Part shown: positions 19,664-29,788 of the stretch, one piece after another
Numbering within the stretch: the stretch's first letter is position 1
Layout: the number at the start of each line of letters is the position of its first letter
Assembly (NCBI GenBank): GCA_020697715.1
Contig: JAEHCO010000001.1
Coordinates: 320,001 to 384,000 of the forward strand
Direction: 5' to 3'
Source of the DNA: Methanobacteriota archaeon
GTDB taxonomy: Archaea; Thermoplasmatota; Thermoplasmata; SG8-5; JAGLSY01
DNA: 64,000 nucleotides
The notes under the pieces: model-generated
The model's database searches: none
What the model saw: the letters and a program-made list of their open reading frames with translations, nothing else
What the model was told of the DNA's origin: nothing
Position numbers and translations under genes: made by a program

Positions 19664-21767
19664 ACTTGGCACCTTCCAGGAACCATTTTCTCCATTGTTC
19701 CAGGATCTTATTGAAATCAAGATCGCCATCACTTATGGCATTCTCACGAAGTGCCCAGTATTTGTTATTCATGCGCGAGACCCATTCGATCTTCAGGAGC
19801 TGTGGTTTATCATGCTGTCTCGCATATTCAACCGCATCCAATCGATATCTAGCTCTGACCCTGATATCATTCAAAGCATCCTCCATGGATATGCCCCATT
19901 TCCTGGCGATCTCCCCGATACGCTCGGATTTGTAATTGAAGACATCGGTCTCCATTAATAGATCATTATCACTATCATACATCATCAGGTCATTGAACTC
20001 TCCAGGAACTTCAGATGTCTTGACTGTTTCAGCTATCTGGGTACATCTTCTAAGCAGTTTTTGAGAGCCTTTGGATTGCGTCAAGGTCTGAACCACTATG
20101 ATATCAGTGGCCATGAAGGATGTGGCTGGAATGCCCATGTCACTGGTCGCCCTTTCGAAGGTGGATTTTGCAGAATCCGCATGAAATGTTCCCATGACCG
20201 ATGATCCAGCAGTTCCCGTTCTCATGGCCTCGTATAGAGTTCTAGCCTCCTGGCCTCTTACCTCACCCAATATCAAGGCAGACTCACCCAGTCTGAGAGA
20301 TGTTCTCAAGGCATCATCAGCCGTCATCTCGCCCTTTCCACCAAGGGTGGACTGTACGAACATCCTCTGAACCTTATAGCCCAATTTCTGCATCTCAGGC
20401 ACTGGCAATTCTAAAGTATCTTCGATGGTCAGTATCCTCTGTATTGATGGGAATTCGAGAAGTAAGCTACCCAGAAGTGAAGATTTTCCAGAACCCCTAC
20501 TTCCTGATACCAGCATGGTGCAATGGCCCTCTATAAGGAATGAAAGAAGACCAGCTGAAAGAGGAGATACAGTTCCATTATCAATGAGCTTCAACATCGT
20601 CCAGGGATCGGTCGAGTGTCTGCGGAAAGCGATACCTATGCCATCTGGACTCAATGGCTTTCCTATGGCAGTCACCCTGGTCTGGTGTTGGACAAGATCT
20701 GTTTCCAGCACTGGCATGGCCTCGGAGAAAGGTCTGCCACTCTCATACCTGAACCTGGATACCATACTATCCACGTCCTCATTGCTGAGTATCACATTGG
20801 TAACAAGCTTATCATAGAGATCCTTGTGTGAAAGGCCTCCTATACTGGCATGAATTGGGTTCTTCGGAGCGGGGGCATCGATGTAGATATCCTGCATATA
20901 TGGGTCTTCAAGAAAATATTCAAAAAGCCCGAGTCCGACTGTGTACCTTGCGAGAACGGAAGTGAGATCATCTAGAACCTTCATTTCTTCTTCGGGAGTA
21001 TTGCCTATCTTGATAGAATGCTTATTAGCTATCTGATAGAGTATCTTCTTTCCAAAGGTATCCACATATAGCCTAGCTTGGCCAGGCCTGTCCAATTGGA
21101 TATGCCTTGGACGGTTCCTCATTAATTCTATCTTAGCAAGGTGAATTAGTTTCATAAGATCCGATGGTAGAGAATATTCCTTGGGTTTGATATGATAATG
21201 AGAGTGGGTGAAATCCTTGATCTGCCAAAGGCTCACGAGAGCATCTCCCACCCAATATTCAAGCACCTTTTCAGAATTCTCCGGGGGTTCGGGTGTCACC
21301 CAGGAATAGGAGAAGCCAGGGCGAAGATCATAGTATTTTTCCATAATAAGGGTCATGGCTCGATGAACACGTTTTGCATCTACCGCATAAGGGCCCTTGT
21401 TCTCGAGAGAGATAATAACATCATTTAGAGATGTTATCTTCTCTGTCTTATTTTCTTCACTGGCTTTGGTTATAGTAGGTTCTTCCTTGATGATCACAGG
21501 GGCAGGAGATTCGTACACTTCCTCGGGTTCTGGAACTTCTTCCTCGATGATCACAGGGGCAGGAGATTCGTACACTTCCTCGGGTTCTGGAACTTCTTCC
21601 TCGATGATCACAGGAACAGGAGATTCGTCTAATTCCTCAAGCTCTGGAATTTCCACCTCTTCGATATTATCGGTTGAAATGATCTTCACACCTTTCTTTT
21701 TCGTGTCTTTGTCATCTGCTTCGGTGTTTTCCGATCCCTTATCTTCCTGACCTATAATTTTCACCAT
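19656..21767 (-). CDS. type IV pilus/secretion assembly ATPase (VirB11/TadA/CpaF family)
   Basis: GSRGSGKS, TIEDTLEL (Asp box), LRLGESALILGEVRG, GTFHA (His box). Confidence 0.92.
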   Translation of the reverse strand: MVKIIGQEDKGSENTEADDKDTKKKGVKIISTDNIEEVEIPELEELDESPVPVIIEEEVPEPEEVYESPAPVIIEEEVPEPEEVYESPAPVIIKEEPTITKASEENKTEKITSLNDVIISLENKGPYAVDAKRVHRAMTLIMEKYYDLRPGFSYSWVTPEPPENSEKVLEYWVGDALVSLWQIKDFTHSHYHIKPKEYSLPSDLMKLIHLAKIELMRNRPRHIQLDRPGQARLYVDTFGKKILYQIANKHSIKIGNTPEEEMKVLDDLTSVLARYTVGLGLFEYFLEDPYMQDIYIDAPAPKNPIHASIGGLSHKDLYDKLVTNVILSNEDVDSMVSRFRYESGRPFSEAMPVLETDLVQHQTRVTAIGKPLSPDGIGIAFRRHSTDPWTMLKLIDNGTVSPLSAGLLSFLIEGHCTMLVSGSRGSGKSSLLGSLLLEFPSIQRILTIEDTLELPVPEMQKLGYKVQRMFVQSTLGGKGEMTADDALRTSLRLGESALILGEVRGQEARTLYEAMRTGTAGSSVMGTFHADSAKSTFERATSDMGIPATSFMATDIIVVQTLTQSKGSQKLLRRCTQIAETVKTSEVPGEFNDLMMYDSDNDLLMETDVFNYKSERIGEIARKWGISMEDALNDIRVRARYRLDAVEYARQHDKPQLLKIEWVSRMNNKYWALRENAISDGDLDFNKILEQWRKWFLEGAKYA
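21489..21628. repeat. 57-bp coding tandem repeat (~2.5 copies; ESPAPVIIEEEVPEPEEVY)
   Basis: gatgatcacagg recurs at 21489, 21546 and 21603; the first two units are identical. Confidence 0.95.
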
Positions 21768-21778
21768 TCATTTCACCC

Positions 21779-22396
21779 CTATATGACCACACTGAACCCT
21801 TCAAAATACAGGAAGGCTCTGAACTCTTCTGTTAGATTGAATACATAGACCATGGCCTCTTCCGTTGTCTTGACACATACCTGGCACTCGGCCGTTCTTG
21901 TTTGTTTGACGATCTTGGAAGAGGTGAGGAACTCACTATAGAAGACCTCGATGTCCTCCAATATCATCTTTTTCATACGCCGAAAGATGACTTGGGGGTT
22001 GGCCTTACAACTATTACATGTGGCTCTTCTCTTATCCTTCGCACTCTGGGCTTTGATATCACTGAAGTATTCTCTTGGAGGGTTCCGTAGGGAAAGATTA
22101 TCGATCTCACTAGAGAGGTCTATCAATGTCTTCAGCATCTTCATAGATGGGCCAGAGTATCGCAATTCCGCATAATCACTCAATACCACATTGTCCGCAT
22201 TGTAATTGGCTCCAAGGGCTGTTAATACGCCTTTAAGGCAATGTTTATTTTTAAGATCGGCATCCACTGGACATTCCTTACAATCAAATACCAGACGCAT
22301 CTCCACCGTGGATGATTCAACATCATGATTACAGAATGCTTCCACTTTCTTTTCACCCATTGTCGATCCTTTCGCTTCAGCTGCTTTCTTTCCCAT
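21779..22396 (-). CDS. Cys-rich cytoplasmic protein of the pilus operon (putative Zn-binding)
   Basis: Three CxxC motifs (DCKEC, TCNSC, ECQVC); 11 nt upstream of the ATPase start. Confidence 0.7.
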   Translation of the reverse strand: MGKKAAEAKGSTMGEKKVEAFCNHDVESSTVEMRLVFDCKECPVDADLKNKHCLKGVLTALGANYNADNVVLSDYAELRYSGPSMKMLKTLIDLSSEIDNLSLRNPPREYFSDIKAQSAKDKRRATCNSCKANPQVIFRRMKKMILEDIEVFYSEFLTSSKIVKQTRTAECQVCVKTTEEAMVYVFNLTEEFRAFLYFEGFSVVI

Positions 22397-22413
22397 AACT
22401 ATCTCTCCAGATA

Positions 22414-25400
22414 CTATTCCTCATTCCTGTCGCCCCTTCGCTTCTTGATATAGAGTACGGCCAATATGACCGCGACCAATAGCAATATGCCCACCATGGA
22501 CACAGCGTATATCGCGCTCGTGGTCCAAACACTGTCATCACCCGCATCATCATCACTTGCCCAGGTTCCGAAATCCAGATCTTCAGACGCTTGGTTATTG
22601 TCCTCATCCTTCTCGATTATGCGATCCATCGGATCCACAGTGGCGTACACTGTTTTTGTTCCGATCGGAGCCGCCCACTCATAATACAAGAGACTATAGG
22701 AAGATTCATCGATCCTTGTGATATTGAAAGAATGGAGTAATGTGTCATCACCCGCATCATTGCTTTCATAGAGATCGACCCCCACATCTGTCAAATTGCC
22801 GTAACCTATATTAGACACATTGGTCGTGATATTCAGTATCCCATTATCATGTTCAGCAAGTATCATGTCGATGGTGAGATCCTTGGAAGTGAGAACTGCC
22901 AGATGTACCGTCTTTTTATTTTCAGCCTCCTCATGCTCCATTATATTATCAGTTGGGAATGCGACAGCGTATATCTGATAATTGCCAATTGGTGCCTGCC
23001 AGTCTATAGAAACTGTGTCGATTTCTCCATGTTCCAATGATATGAACTTTCCCTCTATGAAATCGTCGAAGGTGAAGAACTTCACGAAAACAGAGTCAGA
23101 ATCGGCCTTTCCATCATTTTGTATCGTGGCTGAAACTGTCGCTTTCTCACCTTCATTTATGAGACCGCTGGATATAGAAAGGCTGGAAATACATATATCT
23201 GGAACAAGAGACACTCTCCTGAATGCGAGATTGTTATCGAGGATAAGATCGCTGACATTTAGGAAAACAAAGAGTTCGTGGGCTCCCAGATCCGCAGTCC
23301 AGTAGGCGACCACGGTCGCATTTTCTCCCATATCCACGGAGATTATGTACTTGGTGGCAAATAATTCTCCGTCTTCGGTAGGGTCGCCATCATAGAATTC
23401 CACCTGCACATTGGAGGCGGAAGTATAACCCACGTTCTTGATCATGGCGGTTATGGCCACTGCCTCACCTTGATTTGGGGTATCCGAACTTAGGTCGATA
23501 TTATCGAAGGTGATCGAAAGATCTACTGGACATGTGATGGTGCAATTAAGCCTATTATTATTCTTGACAATTTCAGTAATGGTATTATCATGATCAGCAA
23601 TGGCGAACACATTGTGTATACCACCTGGCACTTCCCAATCTATGGAAACATTCACCATACCAAAACGACTGATGGAAGATACAGGAACGCTCTCGATCAA
23701 TGTACCTCCCGCCTCGGGTTCTCCATCATAGAAGCTCACATTGAAGGCTTGTGTGACGAGGTCCCCTGTGTTTTTTATAATGGCTTCTAACTGGACGGTC
23801 TCGCCTTCCTTGGCGATGATATCCGAGTGATCTCCATTAACAGAAAATGAACTGACCTCCATATCGGGTCTGAAGTAGATCTTGATCGACACCTGTTCCT
23901 CCGTGGTTCTATCATTAGGAGTTGTCAGATTGTTGTAAGTGTAGACTATCGTGTTCCTTTCTATCAATTCAGTATCACAATTGAAATCAAGGAAATGCGC
24001 ATTTGTAGCGGCCACAAACCTTGGCTTTGTCCAGACCCTATCACCCATTAGATCTATAGTGCAATAATAAATGCCTGAATAGGTCACATTGTCAATATCT
24101 ATTATCTTATTGTTCTTCCACACTACGGCGGCCAAACCATCCTGGTTCACCACCGCCTGAGGAAGTTGCACTGGCCTGGTAGTGTAGTTCACCAACTTGA
24201 TAGTTGACCAGGTCTCGGTGGCAGTGTCCCAGGTGCAGTATCTTATATGACTGTCGAATTCCCAATCCTGGGCATGCCAGACAAGGATGATATTGTCACC
24301 ATTTGCCGCAAGAGATGTTGATTCCACACTGAGATTGTCATTCGTGATATATTTGTAAGCTGTCCAATTGGTGCCATTAAAGATGGAATAGACTATCTGC
24401 TGGTCATCCGTGGTATTGAATAGCTCATCGCCATCTCTCGTATGGATGGACATAATGTCACCATTAGGTAGATTGACCATCTTATTATCATAATGGAAAC
24501 TGCCAGATATGAACATGAGTGTAGGAATACTCCAATTGGTGCCATTCCATAAGGAGGATCTTGTGCGTTGATCTCCAGTGGACATCATATCACCATCTGT
24601 GTCATATAGCCAAGACAGAGCGATATTGTCATCAGAGAGCAGTATCGCGCTAGGCTGCATATCTGATGCCACGGCAGGCTTAGTATAAACTATATCTGGA
24701 CCGGATATCATAACATCGTTCTCATCTATTATAGCATATTTCAACACAGCACCATTCATGAAGTTCGTGAGACCGAATGTGGTTGAGGTGAGATCCTGAT
24801 TAGGCACTGTTTCGATCCAGAATACATAAGCCGATCCAGTTTTATTGTATATGACTTCAGGAGTGGTCTCTATTACTGCATTATTGGTCAAGGTTAGGGT
24901 GGTAGAACCAGATGGGCTATCGATCTTAGCCTGGATCTCGTAGTTTGGATTGTGAAAGTCATTGTTAAGGTCCTTACTTGTCACGACTATGGTCTTACCC
25001 TCGAAAGTCGCACTTGCCGGACCTCGGGGGAAGTTTATAGTACCATCCTTATCTGCCATCGCATCTAGGTCCTGCTCGGGTGGAACATATGGAGGTGGTG
25101 TTTCCGTTGTGCCTTCGAAAACATCAAATTCCCAATGGCCAAGTTGGAAAGTGTCCTCGTAGAAGGTCCAATCTTTCCTCCACCACAGGAATTCTATGTA
25201 AGCCCCAATTTCTGCCATCAGGGACACATCCAGGGCGCCATAACAAACAGGATAGAAGCCACCAGCTGTAGAACCATCGATACCGATGGTCGGAGTGTTG
25301 TAAGTGAATCCTGTTGTCAAAGCAATATTCGGATTTCCAGTTATCCTTCCAAACATACCTCCTCCAGCTATCCCGAAGCTCACTCCTATATTAAATTCGC

Positions 25401-27792
25401 AAGTCAGATACAGGCCAAGACCCAGAGTGAATGTGGCTGTTACCTGACCGAATTTCACACCTGACAAAGTTGCTGATATCATTGCTTCTGTAGCTGCCAC
25501 TGCTGAAAAATCCGCGCTCACATCAACAGATGCCATGACAAATGGAGGGAATATGGGGTATTTGGCACTGAATATCTGCCATTCCTTCATAACCTCAAGG
25601 GACGCATACACCCGGGCCTCGAAACTCACCAGATCCAGTAAACTTGCCGGATTCTCAGCGATGTTCATGACAGTGCCCCAAACTTCTTTCAGGGTTTCGA
25701 AAGTTGCCTGATATTCCTCAACTATCTCTACAATATTGGATATGGAATCTGTGAGTCCACTATAATCCGTCGAGCTATTTCTAGATTGATTCTCGGCCGC
25801 ATTTCTTGTCTCATTGAGTGCATTGAGCAGATCGGCCGCATTATCTGGTTTCAGTACCTTTTTCCACAGTTCACCAACTGATGTTTCCAGAACTGTTCCT
25901 TCATTGATCTTCACATCTTTCAGAAGAGAGCCGAATTGCTTCCAATTTGTCAATAGATATTTCCCTTCTTTGATAAGGTCGAATATCTTGGTCAGATTGA
26001 TCTCAATATCCGGAAATCCCACATTCACAGAAGCTTCAACACCTGCCGTGCCCGTGACCTTCATACCCATGACTGTCGATTCCAGTGTTTTCTCCTTCCC
26101 AAAGGATATCTCACCACCTATGGGTATCTTTAATTCCAATACATACTTCTCAGATTGTTGATTTTCCTGACCACTGACATATGGCGTATCATCTGAAGCT
26201 TCAGCCTTCTTACCATCATTGAGGGTTTGAGGAAGCTCCAGTATCAATGTGAAATAATTCAATTGAGCTTTGACAGGGCCATTTCCTCCAGTAGCATTTC
26301 CCGATGTGCTCGGAGTGAAAGTTCGCTCCTGTGTGCCAGTCTCTCTACTGGTGGTCGCCCTTGTTGGATCGTCGGTGTTCTCCATCCAGCGCGGGGGGAG
26401 TTCCATGTATATCGAGGTCTTGTAAGGATCACTTCCAACACCTGCATTGTCAATCGCGGCTATTGTAAGGTTCGAGGTGCCATTTATTCCGCCCATATCG
26501 ATATAGGTCATGAATAAATCTCCTCTACGAGCTTCTTCCATAAGTATCTGGGTAGGTGGAATAGTGCGCTTGGTCGGATCCAAAGAGAATTCATCTTCAT
26601 TGTACCACATAAGGACCTGCCACACGAAGCCATTCTCATCGGTCGCATTTATGGTGAACTTATTGAATACCTCTATACCTTGAACAAATACACCAATTCC
26701 AGGGTCTGGATCATCATATTCGGCTTCTACTGAATTAACCACTGGAGGGATCTCAATGTGTAGATATTCTCTGAAGTTGTTCTTCCCATCGATCTCATCG
26801 ATATTGTCCCCACCTATCATCTCACTGGTCTCATTTGCCTCATCAACATCATATTCGATATAATCCACCTGGGCGATTATTTTCCTGTTCAGTAATGTTC
26901 TGTCAAATGCATCATCATGGTAAAGGTAATCCACCACCCTCCATGGTTGGTCGGCTGTAACTGATATTTCTCCATCTGGGTCAAGGTCCGTGATGATAAT
27001 TGGTTCACCTATTTGGCGGGTCTCATTTCGATCCATTAGATAATCAATGAATCTGACCCTTATCACTCCATCATCATTACCTATGCCATCTACCCATTTG
27101 GCACCCTCTTCATCAGTGCCCATGGTCCCGATGTTCTTTATGACTGCGGAGACCGAATATCCAGGTGGGACATACTTGGTCATCATCTCCGGCTGATATT
27201 CTGCCCAGGTATCATCATCCACCTCATAAGCATCCTCCAAAGGATTATCTATAACTGAAATAGAGCCCACGTACATATCTGGCATCCTTAATTCGCCTTC
27301 CTGACCTTTGACCCTGACAACGACAAAATCTGTGAAGCCTATCGTCTCTTTCTGGATGACCAATTCCCATTTGTCATATCCATCCAATGTCAAGGCGCTG
27401 TTATCAGGAGAAGTTATCGGGATATTCGGATCAGTGACCACTATATGCTCCCAGGCAGACCCGTATTTGTATGATATTGTGGATTGGTTCATACCTGGAT
27501 GTTCTCCTATCCTGTCCCCAATTATTATTGGCCCTAGATCAGAAAATCTTGAAGCACCCAGATCAAGGGTGACCTCTCTTGTTTCCAATGTTCCCTGGCC
27601 ATATACAAAGCGTATGGCAGTGACCAGTTCATCCATGGCCTCCTGTAGATCATTTTTAGTCTGATTCTGAGCATTGACACTCATACCATGATATGCCGCT
27701 GGCACAATGAATCCCACAGCCACCATTATGACCAATAATTTCATTGGCATCTCTTCTAAACCTCTCCAGTCTCCACCGATACGTCTTCCCAT
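22414..27792 (-). CDS. giant pilin-adhesin fusion: class III-like signal peptide, beta-rich region, CARDB repeats, C-terminal TM anchor
   Basis: DWRG|LEEMP followed by a hydrophobic helix; CARDB-type PD...IKNxG...E...NN repeats; TM plus KKRR tail. Confidence 0.8.
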   Translation of the reverse strand: MGRRIGGDWRGLEEMPMKLLVIMVAVGFIVPAAYHGMSVNAQNQTKNDLQEAMDELVTAIRFVYGQGTLETREVTLDLGASRFSDLGPIIIGDRIGEHPGMNQSTISYKYGSAWEHIVVTDPNIPITSPDNSALTLDGYDKWELVIQKETIGFTDFVVVRVKGQEGELRMPDMYVGSISVIDNPLEDAYEVDDDTWAEYQPEMMTKYVPPGYSVSAVIKNIGTMGTDEEGAKWVDGIGNDDGVIRVRFIDYLMDRNETRQIGEPIIITDLDPDGEISVTADQPWRVVDYLYHDDAFDRTLLNRKIIAQVDYIEYDVDEANETSEMIGGDNIDEIDGKNNFREYLHIEIPPVVNSVEAEYDDPDPGIGVFVQGIEVFNKFTINATDENGFVWQVLMWYNEDEFSLDPTKRTIPPTQILMEEARRGDLFMTYIDMGGINGTSNLTIAAIDNAGVGSDPYKTSIYMELPPRWMENTDDPTRATTSRETGTQERTFTPSTSGNATGGNGPVKAQLNYFTLILELPQTLNDGKKAEASDDTPYVSGQENQQSEKYVLELKIPIGGEISFGKEKTLESTVMGMKVTGTAGVEASVNVGFPDIEINLTKIFDLIKEGKYLLTNWKQFGSLLKDVKINEGTVLETSVGELWKKVLKPDNAADLLNALNETRNAAENQSRNSSTDYSGLTDSISNIVEIVEEYQATFETLKEVWGTVMNIAENPASLLDLVSFEARVYASLEVMKEWQIFSAKYPIFPPFVMASVDVSADFSAVAATEAMISATLSGVKFGQVTATFTLGLGLYLTCEFNIGVSFGIAGGGMFGRITGNPNIALTTGFTYNTPTIGIDGSTAGGFYPVCYGALDVSLMAEIGAYIEFLWWRKDWTFYEDTFQLGHWEFDVFEGTTETPPPYVPPEQDLDAMADKDGTINFPRGPASATFEGKTIVVTSKDLNNDFHNPNYEIQAKIDSPSGSTTLTLTNNAVIETTPEVIYNKTGSAYVFWIETVPNQDLTSTTFGLTNFMNGAVLKYAIIDENDVMISGPDIVYTKPAVASDMQPSAILLSDDNIALSWLYDTDGDMMSTGDQRTRSSLWNGTNWSIPTLMFISGSFHYDNKMVNLPNGDIMSIHTRDGDELFNTTDDQQIVYSIFNGTNWTAYKYITNDNLSVESTSLAANGDNIILVWHAQDWEFDSHIRYCTWDTATETWSTIKLVNYTTRPVQLPQAVVNQDGLAAVVWKNNKIIDIDNVTYSGIYYCTIDLMGDRVWTKPRFVAATNAHFLDFNCDTELIERNTIVYTYNNLTTPNDRTTEEQVSIKIYFRPDMEVSSFSVNGDHSDIIAKEGETVQLEAIIKNTGDLVTQAFNVSFYDGEPEAGGTLIESVPVSSISRFGMVNVSIDWEVPGGIHNVFAIADHDNTITEIVKNNNRLNCTITCPVDLSITFDNIDLSSDTPNQGEAVAITAMIKNVGYTSASNVQVEFYDGDPTEDGELFATKYIISVDMGENATVVAYWTADLGAHELFVFLNVSDLILDNNLAFRRVSLVPDICISSLSISSGLINEGEKATVSATIQNDGKADSDSVFVKFFTFDDFIEGKFISLEHGEIDTVSIDWQAPIGNYQIYAVAFPTDNIMEHEEAENKKTVHLAVLTSKDLTIDMILAEHDNGILNITTNVSNIGYGNLTDVGVDLYESNDAGDDTLLHSFNITRIDESSYSLLYYEWAAPIGTKTVYATVDPMDRIIEKDEDNNQASEDLDFGTWASDDDAGDDSVWTTSAIYAVSMVGILLLVAVILAVLYIKKRRGDRNEE

Positions 27793-27832
27793 TTTATCAT
27801 CTCTCCAATATACTTACTTTGAATCTAATTAC

Positions 27833-28342
27833 TTAATAAACCAATCTCACCTCGACCACCCATGAATACGCAGCCCCATCTCCATCAAGATCACCTTCGA
27901 CCAATTCATCCAGTGTTCTGACCTCCACCATTCGATTTCCCTCTCTGAATTCAAGTACACCTGTCATATTCACCATCGCGATATTGGGATCGGTGATCAT
28001 AAAATATTGCTCCAAACCACCATTGATCCTGTATCTGAAACTCGATAGATTTGACCAAACATCATTGGGGGATCCGCCAATACGCATGTATTCCATACTC
28101 GATGCCACGCCACCAGATAGTTCCAGCTCCACCACTCTCGAGTTCCCGGGACCCATGGAGTACACCTCCCTCACTGCAGACTCAAGATAGCTTAATTGAG
28201 TATCAATAGTCTGCTGGGTCTGCCTTGTGGAATAGACCTCGAGGTAATTCCAAGATATTGGAACCACCATGGCAACGACAATGAACATTATCAGAAGATT
28301 GAGGGGGAATCCCTCCATCCCCCTCCTGTCTAATGGCCTCAT
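27833..28342 (-). CDS. type IV pilin-like protein
   Basis: DRRG|MEGFP followed by a hydrophobic stretch; paralogous to the N-terminus of the downstream giant protein. Confidence 0.75.
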   Translation of the reverse strand: MRPLDRRGMEGFPLNLLIMFIVVAMVVPISWNYLEVYSTRQTQQTIDTQLSYLESAVREVYSMGPGNSRVVELELSGGVASSMEYMRIGGSPNDVWSNLSSFRYRINGGLEQYFMITDPNIAMVNMTGVLEFREGNRMVEVRTLDELVEGDLDGDGAAYSWVVEVRLVY

Positions 28343-28782
28343 TTATTCACTGCAATGCTTTGAGTGACTTGATTTCCGCCGCCTGATACTGTTACTGTGA
28401 TGAAATCCGAGTTAGTGTTTGGGGGCAATACAGGTGAGACATCCACAAAAGTGTATGAACCATCATCGCCTGTTATGGCCTTCATATCTATACCAGCTCC
28501 CTCGATCGTTATCTCACAGCCGCTCATTGTTCCCTTATCATTGTGAGCGATTATCTCTATATCAAAGGTGGTGTTAGCAGTTGAAACATCACTGACCATT
28601 GTCGGTGTGACCTCTATGTAATCTAGAGGCGGTGTCAAAAGAAACATCCACGACAATATAATGCCTATTGCTACAGCTGCAATTACAACCATAATCAACA
28701 GATTCAGTGGTAGTCCAAGCACACCTCTGTCATCTTCCCTCATGCCCTTATGGATACTAATTTTAGTTCTAAGATTAATCAT
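28339..28782 (-). CDS. type IV pilin-like protein (probable major pilin) with Ig-like domain
   Basis: EDDRG|VLGLP followed by a hydrophobic helix; first gene of the operon. Confidence 0.75.
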   Translation of the reverse strand: MINLRTKISIHKGMREDDRGVLGLPLNLLIMVVIAAVAIGIILSWMFLLTPPLDYIEVTPTMVSDVSTANTTFDIEIIAHNDKGTMSGCEITIEGAGIDMKAITGDDGSYTFVDVSPVLPPNTNSDFITVTVSGGGNQVTQSIAVNK

Positions 28783-29078
28783 AATATCACGAAGAAGGAA
28801 CTTGAAGAATGTATATATTTGTTTCGTATAGGTATAAATATTACCAATAATATAGTGTTAATAGTTTACTATTGTTATGTTTATGTTATTCAGTGTCAGT
28901 GTTGCGAGGATTAGGATAGATGTTCTGAGGAAACCTAGCTGAGTGTGGGAGGTGTTGGACACTTCACAATATTGGAACAATAAATAAACCGATACCTAAG
29001 ATAACCCGGGTAAATGTGGATATTACAGCACATGATAATAATTAATTTAAAACTCTCTAATAGCTCTATATTCTTCTT

Positions 29079-29633
29079 CTATTTCGCTATCTTCTCCACC
29101 ATCAGCCAGTACACGAAAAGCTCCATGTCGAACTTTTTATGATCTGGATATTTCTGTCTTATCAATTTCCAGAAATTCTTGCCATGGTTCATCTCCAGCC
29201 GATGCACCACTTCGTGGAATATGACAAATTCAATTAATTCGTCTGGCAGTTTCTTCAGAAGGGTATTTACAGTGAGATTACCACCTGTGTCGCAACTCGC
29301 CCATTTATCATGTAATTTCTTAAATCTTATCTTGTAAAAGTCCACACCCAGCTCGGTGGAATATACTTCCGCAAGCTCCCACACATACTGCCTGAAATTT
29401 TCCTGCGTTCTCTTTTCCAGGGTCTTGGCTTCCGCTTGCTGAAGAGAATATAACACATTGCCATGCACCTTGCTGATCCACGCAAGATGCTTTTTCACGG
29501 CCTCGTCCTGATTAGCGGCCTCTGGAAGTATCAGGGTCATCTGGCCGGAATTGAATTCCAGAACTGGTTCTTTCACCCTGCGCATATCCACCCTGTATTG
29601 ATGGTCTGGCTTGATCTGAATATGAAATACCAT
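29079..29633 (-). CDS. YgjP/DUF45 (M48-like) zinc metallo-hydrolase
   Basis: KWASC, VIFHEVVHRLEMNH...FW. Confidence 0.88.
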   Translation of the reverse strand: MVFHIQIKPDHQYRVDMRRVKEPVLEFNSGQMTLILPEAANQDEAVKKHLAWISKVHGNVLYSLQQAEAKTLEKRTQENFRQYVWELAEVYSTELGVDFYKIRFKKLHDKWASCDTGGNLTVNTLLKKLPDELIEFVIFHEVVHRLEMNHGKNFWKLIRQKYPDHKKFDMELFVYWLMVEKIAK

Positions 29634-29788
29634 GTCGATGTGGAATCAGAGGGGGTGATTAATAAGATTTGGGAAGCTGATTGTTCAATAGATCTCTAAG
29701 ATTAGTTTTATTAACAATATTTATTAACAATCAATAATATCTGCTCCGTTAACAGCATTAATATGTTGAGAAGTGTGAGGGTGATAAT

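Noticed and set aside
21489-21628. 57-bp repeat as a mini-CRISPR
   Set aside because: Head-to-tail units with no unique spacers; in-frame coding repeat
21767-22416. Pyrrolysine/TAG readthrough joining pilus-operon ORFs
   Set aside because: Downstream ORFs are in different frames and have their own RBS and ATG
14721-28782. Archaellum operon
   Set aside because: No archaellin, ArlH or ArlF/G-like genes; pilins and gene order differ
28870-29040. Small ORF or ncRNA in the gap upstream of the pilus operon
   Set aside because: Only very short ORFs with poor RBS spacing and no convincing stem; cannot be supported
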